The notes below the pieces were generated by a model. It was not told where the DNA came from. It did not search any database and saw only the letters and a program-made list of their open reading frames with translations. Below are positions 23,266-35,496 of a DNA stretch of 64,000 bases, piece after piece. The stretch lies in the NCBI RefSeq assembly GCF_963921235.1, contig NC_086102.1, forward strand, positions 144,584,001 to 144,648,000, in the 5' to 3' direction. This stretch comes from Mobula hypostoma. Lineage: Eukaryota. Within the stretch, counting starts at the first letter, position 1. Each line of letters starts with the position of its first letter. Position numbers and translations under genes: made by a program.

Positions 23266-24599
23266 ATTGGCCAGTTGTTCCAAAGATAAGATAATTTTTC
23301 TTTAGAAGAATACCACATACAGATCAAATGAATCACATACAAATCTTCAAAGGAATCATGCTTTAATTTATTTCAAAGTTAATTTCATATTGAAATTTAA
23401 ATCTGAAATGAATTCTGGTAAGCAATGAAGAAAACAGAAAGCTAATTTTCATTCAGTGCATTCTGCCCCTGCTCAAGGGTTTTCCCCATTTTCTTCAGAG
23501 AGACAGATAGGTAACTCCAGTCCTGATGTAGCTGTAGGTTGAAAGTGGTTTTATTATTCACCAACATGCTGCAGTACACAAGGAGCCGATGTAAAAAGAC
23601 AGTACTGCTTGGTGTTCTTATGAAAGGCAGATTCAAATATTGATTGAAATTCCTTCGACTTCTAACAACTAAATGCAATATACAAACAATTATATAATGG
23701 CTGACCTGATGTCGAAGGCTAATTGCTTAACAAGGTGATAATAAGTACCAACAACAGCTGGTGAACTTACAAGTAGTGAGATCTAGTAATTAGAGATAAA
23801 CAAACCACACCAGGAAAGAGATAACACATAACTGTTCACTGAAACTCTACTAATGAGAATTAGCCACCAAACATTAAAACTTTTTTCCCTCTTCCTTTAT
23901 GCTAACATAACTTTTTTACCCAATTCCCCATGCATTAGCCGTTTTGTGGTAGAACATCTATGTTCTAATAATACTGATAATGAAATGTAGTACAGTTGGT
24001 TTCATCCTCAAGGACAGATACAGAAATATATGGTTATATATATGAAATATGTTCCTGAGTAAAGGCAAGAATTGTCAACAATAAAGAAAGCCAACAGTTT
24101 AAAATGCTATAATGTTAGACATTAAAATAAAACACCCATGCACATATGAATCTAAGCAAACCACAATAATTATTTTGAGTAAGCCATTGATAATGTGAGC
24201 TGCAAATGAAAGCAGAGTCAAAGATAAAAGGATATTTTCCTCAGTAACAGAGAAACAAACAGCACTGCGCAGTTCCACTTTACTGATTCAGACCACAGTA
24301 GATACGTGTACTTCCCAATTGCATTCATAATTAATGATCAAACTATTGATCAGCTGCTCGGATCTTTACATGTACGAGATAGTAGTGGATCAAGGGAAAG
24401 GGTGAGTGCTCAGGTCACAAAAGGAGAAGGATACTTTTCTGATGTATTACTTAATACAGAATATAATTAAGAGAAATTTATGCACATTTACTTTATTGGA
24501 TTTTTAGCATTAATATGGTGTCCTTAAGCAACAATCTCATAACAGCAACTATCCTTTCCATGGAAAGAAAATTGTCTTCTGCATTTAAAATGCAAATAG

Positions 24600-25030
24600 G
24601 ATTTTATTTGCTCTTCTAATCAGAAGGTTAATTAATTAATAAGTAACATCATTTATAAAATATGTTGCCTTGAGATGTCCACAGGAGAACTGAGAGTGAT
24701 CCTGCTTTCACAGATCTGTGCTTGTATTTTAAAGCTATTCTTTTTCTTTCTAACTCTAAAGCTAATAATTAGATGCTGGCTGGTTTGACTCGAGAACTGG
24801 CACAGCAGTTAACTAGCCATGGATCTACAGTAATGGCAATGATTGTAGAACTGCCCACTGCTTGCATTAGTCTGGTGATGTTGATGGTTGAGGACCAATC
24901 TAGTTTGTGGAGTGGTGAGTGGCTCTACTGGAGAAATAATGGGTGACTGATTTCAAAATTAAACCAGCACTTCATTATTGGTGGCTGATCCAGCACTGCA
25001 TGAAGTGGAAGAGAGGAGAAGTGACTGTTA
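24600..25030 (-). repeat. Copy 1 of a diverged local duplication, with an exon-like segment at 24809-24927
   Basis: Exact anchors shared with copy 2: aaatatgttgcc, gctattctttttctttcta (19 nt), ctctactggagaaa, caaaattaaa, at offsets 1932-1935. Confidence 0.85.
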
Positions 25031-26544
25031 CTGTTGTTGCAATTTCGCTACACCATTTGATTTAAACGTTTATTAATTAAACACAAATACATACAATGCC
25101 AAAGGAAATGTTATTCAATGGTCATTGCTGGACTGAATTTTGTCTTATATTCCTCAAGAGTTGATATTATGGAAATGAATGCATGGTTTGGTCTTTGGCA
25201 GCACATCACAGCTGGTCTACAGTCTGACAGTTCACATCATCTAATATTTTATCAAGATTGTAATGAACAAATTATTCTGCACAAATAAACTTTTGTTCTC
25301 TTTCCTTCTTTATCACTGTGCAATGATTTGTTTAACATGTTGAAATGCTAATAATCATATCTGCTTATATAATTAATTATAGAACAATTATTTCAGATTT
25401 GAGAAATGGCACAGGCTAATAAAGTTAATCCTTTTACAATGAATTGCAATGAAATAATTAGAGATATTATGCTATGATGCTTAGGAAGTCATCTCATCCC
25501 CACTTTAAAATAGAATTAATGTTGAGTTATATATAGTAAGCAGCAATATTTGGATCAGAAAGAACTGTTTCTGACTTTAAAAAATGGCTGGGTGGAAGGA
25601 AAGTGTGTGACTCAGAACATTTTCAAAGTTTAAAAAAAGTCAAGCCACAAAAGTGCTTGAAATAAGATCCATAACACAATTACATCACCAGAGGATTAAA
25701 AACAGGTTCATGTTGGATGAACTCTTTTTAAAGTTTCATTCAATGTTTTCACTTTAATCATTGTCCAGTCTTTCCTATTCCTGTCTGCAATAGGGACATT
25801 TTTAATTATTTTGGGTATCTACAACATCATATCTGAGGCCAATGATTCATTTCACCTCATTTTAATTTCTACTGACCTGATGCTTTCTATGAATGCTTAG
25901 TCAAAATATCCACCAGTGTGCTGTCAGAATTTCCTGTATTGTTTTCCTTTAGAGGGGAAAAAGAATGATGAGAATCTTCACTGATCATTCATTTCCCTCA
26001 GTCACTGCTGAGTCTTAAGCAAGTGCCTAGACTTCAAAAGGAGAAATGACCTTTTTTGAATTATTATCTAATACTCAGTGTTGTGAAGGGGGATATATGC
26101 ATGGTGCCTTTCATTTTATTGCACTTTCAGTGTAGTGTGTTGTCCTTCGGGCATCAATCTAATAACAACAGTACATCAAAAAGTGCCATGATGTCATAAT
26201 AAACTCCAACGAATCTAGCCAAGCCTAAATACTTCAAGACAGTTATATCTCTAGGGATTTTCTGCACCCACTCGCTACCATTATTGAGTGGAAATTTGCT
26301 AATACTGTACCAAAGAAAAAGTAATTTTTAAAACAAAATGCAACAGATCCATACTGATTATCTCCCTTTTGAAAAAACAAAGGAAAATAGAAGATAACCT
26401 ATAAGAGCTGAACTAAGTCATTCAGTCCATTAAGTCTGCTCTGCCATTCAATTATGATAGATTTTTTTCACACCTTATCCCCATACCAATCAAATCAATC
26501 GTCTCCTGTACTCCTGAAAATAAAAAAGAAGCTTTAATAGTACT

Positions 26545-26970
26545 ACATTTGCTATTGTACTCTGAGTCTTAAGTGATTAATTACGTGTTCATAAATATGT
26601 TGCCAAGAGGGTCCACAGCAGAGCAGATAATGAACCTGTCTCCTAATCACACTTTTGAAGCTCCAGGCTATTCTTTTTCTTTCTAGAGCTAATGCAAATG
26701 TCCAGATGTTGGATGGGTTAACCAGTAAATCATCACAAAATTAATTAGGCATGGAAATGCAATAATGGCGGTAATCATAGCGGTGGCCACTGCATGTATT
26801 AGACTGAGCTGGTGATACTTGAGAATTAATTTGGTCAAGTGGAAGAGCGAGCATCTCTACTGGAGAAAGAAAGTGGGCTATTAAACACAAAATTAAATTC
26901 GCTATTGTTGCAGGGCGGGCTGGAACATGGTATACAGCCTAACAGTTGAAAAGAGACAAGGTAACATATT
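26545..26970 (-). repeat. Copy 2 of a diverged local duplication, with an exon-like segment at 26741-26859
   Basis: Same anchors at 26593, 26667, 26855 and 26888. Confidence 0.85.
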
Positions 26971-27664
26971 CCTGAAATACTGAACTCATTGCAGCAATAT
27001 TAGTGATTGTGTTTCTTGGGAGTAGCACTTTGCAAAACTGCTAATAGTTAGAAGGAGTGAATTGGCTGGGTGCAAGATATTGGCAGGGAATATGCTCTCA
27101 CTGCACTCTGGCCATATTTGCGTCATGGCCTTGATAGGGAGAATCAATGAAGAAAATCTGAAAAGTTCAGTTGGCATCCCATATTCAAACCATGGATAGG
27201 TAGTGCATCTTCTTTTATTGAAAATCAAAAACAAATTACAGCTGCCAGAAATCTGAAATAAATAAGTAAATGGACAAATGAATGAATGATAATTAATTAA
27301 TGCTGGAAGCACTCCAAATGTCAAACAGCTTCTGTGCAATGAGAATAAGAGTTAACGTTTCAGGTCAAAGACTCTTTGTCAGAACTGCAGAAGAGAGAAA
27401 AACAAACTTGTTTTATGTTGCAGAGAAGGTTAGGGTGGATGGAGCAAAGGATAGGTATCTAGAATGAGTTAATGGAGCCTGTTAGATGACTGTGTTATGT
27501 GCGGCTAACAAAGAATAAATGAGCTGGTGTTAAATAGAAAGCTGAGAACAGAAATTATTTTATTAAAAGAGACATGAAATTCATATTGGAGGAGCAATAA
27601 AAATTAAAGACTAAATTATAAACAGTAAACAAAACAAGGAACTAGAGGTGGTCATTATTAAGTG

Positions 27665-27710
27665 AAGTAGCAAGGACTTTTGAACACAAGTAGCAAGGAC
27701 TTTTGAACAC
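27665..27710 (+). repeat. Perfect 23-bp tandem duplication
   Basis: aagtagcaaggacttttgaacac twice. Confidence 0.95.
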
Positions 27711-28089
27711 AAAGGTTAAAATAATGAGACCAAAGAGATAGAAAGAGAAGTACTGAGTTTCAGAATAAAAGTATAGTGGTATTTCATTAAATATTTAGGA
27801 ATATGTTCTTCATCTCTTAAGTAGCACTAATGTCACTATTTACACTGGTGTGGCTGTGGAATTTGACACAAGTAGCACGGTCAATGAGACAGGTGAATGG
27901 TTTAATCTTCTACTCACTAATGAAATGATATATCCTTCTACATGCTGTGATGCTCAAATTCACATTCAGTCCAGCATGTCAGCACAGAATTTGATTGCCA
28001 TTGCCTGTGACTCAGAAGATCGTGGTCTGAAAGAGACAGTATAAGCAATCTACGAACTTCAGTAGCTCAGTAACCTGACTGTTAACTGG

Positions 28090-29341
28090 ATTAGATTAGA
28101 TTAGATTAGATTATGAGGACACTCAGTCCTCATGTATTGTCATTTAGAAATGCATGCATTAAGAAATGATACAATGTTATCACGAAAAAAAAGGACAAAC
28201 CAAAGACTAACACTGACAGGACTACATAATTATAACATATAACATATAGTTACAGCAGTGTAAAGCAATACCATAATTTTTTTTTAGATTATGAAGATAT
28301 GTAGTCCCCTTTTATTGTCATTTAGTAATGCATGCATTAAGAAATGATACATTATTTCCTCCGGTGTGATATCACAAAACACAGGACAAACCAAGACTGA
28401 AAAAACTAACAAAACCACATAATTATAACATACAGTTACAACAGTGCACAATACCATAACTTGATGAAGAAAGTCCGTGAGCACAGTAAAGTTCAAAGTT
28501 TCTCAAATGTCCGACATCTCACGCAGACGGGAGAAGGAAGAAAAACTCTCCCTGCCATGCCGACCACAGTCTGACTCTGAGTCATCCGAAAACTTCGAGC
28601 TGTGATCAGCTCTCCAACACCGAGTACTGAGCGCCATCTCCGCCGAACGATTCGACCTCCTTCTTGGTCACCAAAAGCAGGCAAGGCCAGGGATTTTGAG
28701 GCCTACCCTCCGAAAGATTCCCGACCACACAGTAACGACAGTAGCGAACGGGCGTTTCAGAAATTTCTCCAGATGTTCCTCTGTGTTTTCACGTCCATTC
28801 TCCATCAAATCAGAATTGTCCACGGCCCCTATTTAACAGATACGACATCATTTTTCACCGGAGAGCTGCGCACGCACGGCGCGCTGCCATCTTTTCTAAT
28901 TTGAGAAAGAGCAGACCATGGGCACAGTAAAAAAAAAGTCTAAAAGTTCCAGTCAACTCCCGATAGTCCCCGATAGCAGGCGGCAAAAGACAGAAACTCT
29001 CCCTGCCATAAACCTCCTGGTGCCAACAACTGCCGATGCGTTGGAAGCACCCGACAACAGCCGACTCTGAGTCCGTCTAAAAACTTCGAGCCTCCGACCA
29101 GCCCTCTGACACCGAGCACCGAACACCATCTGCTGAGCGCTTCGACCCCACCCTGGCTGCCGAACAACAAACAAAGCCAAGGACTTGGGGCCTTCTCCTT
29201 TGGAGATTCTGGATCACACAGTAGCAGCGGCAGCGAAAAAGGCACTTCAGAAGTTTCTCCAGATGTTCCTCCGTGCTCTCACGTCTGTCTCCATCAAATC
29301 AGGATTGTGCACGGCACCCTACTTGACAGATTACAGATATC
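28090..29341 (-). mobile_element. Non-autonomous retroposon with (TCTAA)n tail (outer copy)
   Basis: ttagattagattag tail; homologous to 43230-43581; interrupted at 28280-28896. Confidence 0.8.
28280..28896 (-). mobile_element. Apparently full-length sister copy nested in the outer copy (Rex1-like 5' end)
   Basis: TSD taattt at 28274-28279 and 28897-28902; 5' end aagatggcagcgcgccgtgcgtgcgcagc; no real ORF. Confidence 0.75.
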
Positions 29342-29948
29342 TGTCAGGTGATAGAAAGTTGCTTTAATCTACCGACTACAGGTCTGTGAACTTCTGTACT
29401 GAAGTAACAAAAAGTAATCAAATCTGTAAGATTGATACTTTGCGCACTTTTGAAAAAGCACCACAGTATTGTGAACGACTGGCTTGCTCGTGAGTCAAAA
29501 ATGATGATTGTGAGTCAAAGATGATCGAGGATTTAAAATGCAAAAACTAAGTTTCTGTTTCTGACACAAGGCTACAATTTTGTTGAAGACATGCTGTTAA
29601 AGTAATGATGTTCTGTAATGGTAAATGCACAGAAAATCTATAGTTCTATAAATAGTCTGTATGGGAATATCCCATGGTGCTTTCAGTTCAGTGTAGTGTG
29701 GATTATTCTGATTTCAGTATATATTAGAACAGCAGTGGAAAAAATCAGTGCTTTGGACATTTTTACAGCATCGAAAGGGAACCAAATGATCCTCTGCCTT
29801 AGTAGCAGATGAAGAGGCCTTGTGCAGATACATTTATATGAGATTTTGAAAAGATGATGGAGGCTCATTGATTTAGTCCATTAACTGTTTTTTTCTTTAT
29901 AAGTGCTGCACAATATTCTGTGCTTCCAGAATTACCTATATTTACCGA

Positions 29949-30243
29949 TTTTATTTATTTATTTATTTATTGAGATTCAGCGTGGAATACGCTCTTCCAG
30001 CCCTACAGGCTGTGCCACCCAGCAACCCCCGATTTAACCCTTGGCTAATCACAGGACAATTTACAATGACCAATTAACCTATCAACTGGTCTGTCTTTGG
30101 GCTGTGGGAGGAAACCAGAGCACCCGAAGGAAATCCAAGTGGTCATAGGGAGAACACACAAACTCCTTACAGATAGAGGTGAGAACTGAATCTGCTTCGT
30201 TGGTACTGTAAAGCATTGTGCTGTTCACCACGCTAACGTGCTG
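29949..30243 (-). mobile_element. tRNA-derived SINE (V-SINE-like) with (TAAA)n tail
   Basis: On the minus strand: A-box-like gttagcgtggtgaa, B-box-like gattcagttct, core ggagtttgtgtgttctccc. Confidence 0.75.
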
Positions 30244-31740
30244 AATCTGAGGCTAATTTGTAGATGACTTACAGTGGGATGCTTGAAGTTTCCTAAATGC
30301 TCACTGTAGTGTATTTAATATTTCAGTTATATTTGAGTAATATTGCAAATACATATACTGCTTGATTAAACATTCTTAGTTTACAGAGTTCATTATCAAT
30401 TATATGTAAAAAGTTCAAGAAAGGCATACACCATTACACCACCACGTCATACCTGAGAGCCTCACTAAAGAAAACACAAGAAAAACTAAATAGATAAGTA
30501 TCCCAGCTCCAGAATTTTTCTTTTAATTAGTTTCTTGAGTTACAAAACGTAATAGTGATGATTTGGAGGTTTTAAAATGAACCTGACCTGACTGCCTACC
30601 TGCTGAAGCGCAGCATGTTTCTCATCAGAAGGGCAGAAAGACATTAGAGCTAAGAATACAGGCGAAAAATGGAAGAAATTGACAAGCAATGAGTATGGCC
30701 ACAGGTTCATGAAAAGTGAGTACTGGGTGATAATAAATTTTGGAAAAGCAGAAATGGCTGGCTACATCAGAAAGATAGATGTGATTGATTGCAGAACAGA
30801 TAACTGGATTATGCATACTGAATGAATTGAGCAGTATTTTGAAGCAAATGAAATAGCAGATGAAAAACGAGCACCAATGCTGCTGTGTGCAATGGGTGGG
30901 TGGAAAGCATACAGTTTGCTTAGAAGTTTCACAGTTCCAACCAAACCAGCCAAAAAGAGCTTTGCTGATATCATGAACATAATACAGCAACATTTAGAAC
31001 CAAAACCATTATTGATTGCAGAACACTTTCGGTTTCATAAACAGATTCAAAAGGGAGGCGAGTCTGTATCAGCTTAAGTGGCTGAAATTTTCTGAGCATT
31101 GTCAGTTCAGTGATGGTTAATGATGCAATATGCGATTGTTTAGTTTGTGGAATCTTACAAGAAAGTGTTCAAAAATGTCTCCTAACTGAAGCACAACTCA
31201 CATTTAAAAGAGCAGTTGAAATCACTGTATCAATGGAAACAGCAGACAGAGACGCAATTGATTTGCAGTCAGCAATGAAAGTTGGCATGAATAAAATTGC
31301 AACTTTGAAACAGAAACCTGCCTGGCCGAACAAATTGTGTAACCATTGTGGCAGGGGCTCACATACACTATACCAATGCAAGTTTAAAGGTGAAACTTAC
31401 AGAAAATGTAACAAAGTAGGACACATACATACAGCATGCTGGGCAGACAAAAATAAATGTACTGCACAGGGAAGAGAAGAAAGATAAAATGCAGTTTCAA
31501 AAAGAGCACTAATCTGCAGGCTGTTGATGAAAAATCTGATAACAATGAGAGTGACACAGGACTATGCAGGCTTAAGATTTACAAAGTGAAAACTAAGAGA
31601 CACCAGAGTGAATCGTCAATTAATTAAAATGGATTTGGACACTGACTTGGCTGTTTCAGCCATTCCACAAAATGAGTTTGAACAGCATTTCAAAGCTACT
31701 GAACTGAAGCCTGCAGATATGTAACTAAGAACTTATTCGA

Positions 31741-31996
31741 GATACAGTGCAGAATCTTTGAGCTGTGCCACCCAGCAACACCCAATTTAATCCTAACCTA
31801 ATCACAGGAACATTTACAATGCCCATTTAATCTATCAACCGGTACACCTTTGCACTGTGGGTGGAAACCGCAGCACCCAGAGGAAACCCACAGGGTCACG
31901 GGGAGAGCGTGCAAACTCCTTATAGGCAGCAGTGGGAACTTGACCTGAGTCGCTGTTACTGTAAAGCATTGTGCTACCCATGACACTACTGTGCTG
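31741..31996 (-). mobile_element. tRNA-derived SINE nested in Gypsy
   Basis: Homologous to 29949-30243; splits Gypsy LRTY|TGEK. Confidence 0.8.
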
Positions 31997-32106
31997 TCCT
32001 ACGTACTGGAGAATAGATGAACAAGAGAAATCTGCAGATGCTGGAAATCCAAGCGACACATACAAAATGCTGGAGGAACTCAGAGAAAGTGTTTCAGCCA
32101 GAAACC

Positions 32107-33431
32107 CTGCTGCCCCTCTCACTGGACCCCCTGCAGTTCACATACCGTTCCAACCGTTCAACAGACGACACCATTGCCAACACCTTCCACCTGGACAAAA
32201 AAGACACGTATGTTCGAATGCTGTTCATAGACTTCAGTTCAGCATTCAACACAATCATTCCTAAGAAACTGATTGGAAAGCTGAGCCTACTGGGCATGAA
32301 CACCTCACTCTACAACTGGATCCTTGACTTCCTGACTGGGAGACCTCAGTCAGTCCAGATCGGAAGCAGCATCTCCAATACCATCACACTGAGCACGGGG
32401 GCCCCCCAGGGCTGTGTGCTCAGTCCACTGCTGTTCACTCTGCTGACCCACGACTGTGCTGCAACACACAGCTCGAACCACAACATCAACTTTGCCGATG
32501 ACACGACTGTGGTGGGTCTCATCAGCAAGAACGATGAGTCAGCATACAGAGAGGAGGCACAGCGGCTAACGGACTGGTGCAGAGCCAACAGCCTGTCTCT
32601 GAAAGTAAACAAAACAAAAGAGATGGTTGTTGACTTCAGGAGGACACGGAACAACCACTCTCCGCTGAACATCGACTCCTCTGTAGAGATCATTAAGAGC
32701 ACCAAATTTCTTGGTGTTCACCTGGTGGAGAATCTCACCTGGTCCCTCAACACCAGCTCCATAGCAAAGAAAGCCCAGCAGTGTCTCAACTTTCTGCGAA
32801 AGCTGAGAAAAGTCCATCTCCCACCCCCCATCCTCACCACATTCTACAGAGATTGTATTGAGAGCATCCTGAGCAGCTGCATCACTGCCTGGTTCGGAAA
32901 TTGCACCATCTCGGATCGCAAGACCCTGCAGTGGATAATGAGGTCAGCTGAGAAGATCATTGGGGTCTCTCTTCCCGCTATGAGAGACAGTTACACCACA
33001 TGCTGCATCCGTAATGCAAACAACATTTTGAAGGACCACACGCACCCCTCATACAAACTCTTCTCCCTCCTGCCATCTGGCAAAAGGCACCAAAGTATTC
33101 AGGCTCTCACGACCATACTATGTAACAGATTCTTCCCCCAAGTCATCAGACTCCTCAATACCCAGAGCCTGGACTGACAACAACCTACTGCCCTCTACTG
33201 TGCCTATTGTCTTGTTTATTATTTATTGTAATGCCTGCACTGTTTTGTGCACTTTATGCAGTCCTGGGTAGGTCTGTAGTCTAGTGTAGTTTTGTGTTGT
33301 TTTTTACTTAGTGCAGTGTAGTTTTTGTATTGTTCATGTAGCACCATGGTCCTGAAAAACATTGTCTCATTTTTACTGTGTACTGTACCAGCAGTTATGG
33401 TCAAAATGACAAGAGTGACGACTTGACTTGA
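32107..33431 (+). mobile_element. Young Rex1/Babar LINE, 5'-truncated, with open RT C-terminal frame to 33177
   Basis: [35 protein letters not shown]; (ACTTG)n tail; flanked by PLE remnants at 32019-32083 and 33434-33462. Confidence 0.92.
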
Positions 33432-33675
33432 CATCTACTGTACTCTTTTCCTAGATGCTGCCAAACAGCTCCTGTGGGAATGACATTTATCACAGTGAAA
33501 TACCACAACCAACAAGCCACATTTAGCTTGAATGTGCTAAAAACAGGAGGGCCAGCATTGTGACTGTGATTGGCTGAGACAACTACAACTTGATTGGAGA
33601 TCCATCCACCATATACATGGCACGCCCTATAATAGAGTCAACTGAAGTGAATTAAGAAAGGTACTGGATGATGAC

Positions 33676-34420
33676 GCAAACACGGGGAAATCTGCAGATG
33701 CTGAAAATATAAGCAACACACACAAAAAATGCTGGTGAACACAGCAGGCCAGACAGCATCTATAGGAAGAGGTACAGTTGACGTTTCGGGCCGAGACCCT
33801 TCGTCAGGACTAACTGAAAGAAGAGATAGTAAGAGATTTGAAAGTGGGAAGGGGGAGGGGAGTTCCGAAATGATAGGAGAAGACAGGAGGGGGAGGGATG
33901 GAGCCAAGAGCTGTACAGGTGATTGGCAAAAGGGATACGAGGCTGGAGAGGGGAGAGGATCATGGAATGGGACGCCTAGGGAGAAAGAAAAGGGGAGGGG
34001 AGCCCAGAGGATGGGCAAGAAGTTATAGTGAGAGGGACAGAAGGAGAAAAAAAGAGAGAGAAGGAAAAAAAGGGAGGGAAAAATAATAATAAATAAATAA
34101 ATAAATAAGGGATGGGGTACGAAGGGAGGGGTGGGGCATTAACAGAAGTTAGAGAAGTCAGTGTTCATGCCATCAGGTTGGAGGCTACCCAGACGGAATA
34201 TAAGGTGTTGTTCCTCCAACCTGAGTGTGGCTTCGTCTTGACAGTAGAGGAGGCCGTGGATAGACATATCAGAATGGGAATGGTACGTGGAATTAAAATG
34301 TGTGGCTACTGGGAGATCCTGCTTTCTCTGGCGGACAGAGCGTAGATGTTCAGCAAAATGGCCTCCCAGCTTGCATCGGGTCTCACCAATATATAGAAGG
34401 CCGCACCGGTAGCACCGGAC
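33676..34420 (-). mobile_element. Penelope-like element 3' part (GIY-YIG end plus pLTR) nested in Gypsy
   Basis: LLYIGET..KLGGHFAEHLRS and RLEEQHLIFRLGSLQPDGMN on the minus strand; pLTR with hammerhead. Confidence 0.88.
33775..33812 (-). ncRNA. Minimal type I hammerhead ribozyme of Penelope type
   Basis: UAGUC-CUGACGA-A-GGGU(CUCG)GCCC-GAAA-CG-UC-AACUG; core intact; first stem I pair is a C-A mismatch. Confidence 0.75.
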
Positions 34421-34426
34421 GATGAC

Positions 34427-34853
34427 ATAGGTAGTGAGTAGTGGGTAGTGGCTCCATATGTCACTACCACAGGGCGTGACGATCCTACCTTACACGAGTC
34501 CTGGGCTCAGCTGGCTCCAGCTGACAGTACCCGGTATGGGCTCCTATCCAGGGTTATGGATCCCACTGCATTGTGGGTATCTTTGGGATAAGAGAAGGCT
34601 AAGGAGCAAACCCTGCACAAATCCAGAGTGGAGCCCCTAAGGTGGTTGGATAACGTATCACGTCACCTCCCGGCAGCTCCTGCAGCCAAGCTGATGCCAA
34701 CTGTACTGCTTCGCATTCCTTTGGACCACATCCACGAGGCCGAGAGGGGGATCTTGAGGCCTGGGCAGCCCAGGATCTCCATTGCCCAGGTCTGCGCCGC
34801 AGGGAGCATCCATTGTCTGCTTAGGTAGACGGAGCCATCAGATGGATGATGAC
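34427..34853 (+). mobile_element. Putative bipartite non-autonomous RTE derivative (5' UTR-like part plus GAT-rich tail)
   Basis: Flanked by ggaYgatgaca repeats; gagaaggctaaggagcaaaccc...aaatccagagtggagcccctaagg resembles RTE 5' UTRs (recalled from memory, not searched). Confidence 0.5.
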
Positions 34854-35496
34854 ACAGCAGTGTTCAAGGATGGCTTCGGAAATCAAGGGTGAAATAGTGT
34901 TAAATGAAAATGCCACTTCCAAATTTTGCAATGCCCATCTAGTTCCTTATACCATCTGTGATAAAGTAGCTAGTGAGGTACATCACATGGAGGCTGAAGG
35001 AATTCTTTCCTAGGTTGAGTGGAGCCCATAGGCAATGCCATTGTGGTCCCAGTAGCCAAGAAAAATGGGTCTGCTAGGATCTGTGGTGACTTTAAGGTCA
35101 CCATCAACCCAATAATGAAAGTAGATCAATACTCTCTGCCAAGGATAGAGGATATCCTTGCAAACCTTTCTGGAGGAAAACATCTCAGCAAAGTGGACTT
35201 AGCTGAGGCCTACCTACAGATGGAGGTAGAAGAAGAGTCCAAAGTGTATCTCACTATTAACACCCACAAAGGGTTTTATCATTGTAATAGACTTGTTTTT
35301 GGAGGAGCATCTATACCTGCACTTTAGCAGAAAGCTATGGGCCAGGAGCTGCACGGCTGACTAGGCACTCAGTGTTACCTGCATGATATCACTGTTACCG
35401 GTGAGGATGACAAGGAGCATTTATCTCCAAAATCTCAAGACAGTGTTTAAAAGATTGGAAGATTATGGACTCAAAGCACAATGCAACTGGTCTGTG

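Larger units (their letters stand above)
30305..35487 (+). mobile_element. Degenerate Gypsy LTR retrotransposon (probable 5' LTR ~30305-30554, gag, protease, RT), with multiple nested insertions, 3'-truncated
   Basis: gag MAGYI...EQYFEAN...HLEPKPLLIAEHFRF; two zinc knuckles; protease-like MDLDTD; RT RICGDFKVTINP...LPRIED...KVDLAEAYLQ; catalytic motif decayed to YLHD (~35377). Confidence 0.9.

Noticed and set aside
23442-23678. 78-aa minus-strand ORF and a possible 12-nt plus-strand microexon (23499-23510)
   Set aside because: No recognisable homology and weak or ambiguous splice signals.
27665-27710. Direct repeats as a CRISPR array
   Set aside because: Only two adjacent units with no spacer, in eukaryotic DNA.
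29949-30243. tRNA gene
   Set aside because: A/B-box-like motifs belong to a SINE head; no cloverleaf.
32017-33177. 386-aa ORF as a domesticated gene
   Set aside because: The first ~30 codons come from Gypsy/PLE flank fused by chance to a truncated Rex1 that lacks the N-terminal RT motifs.
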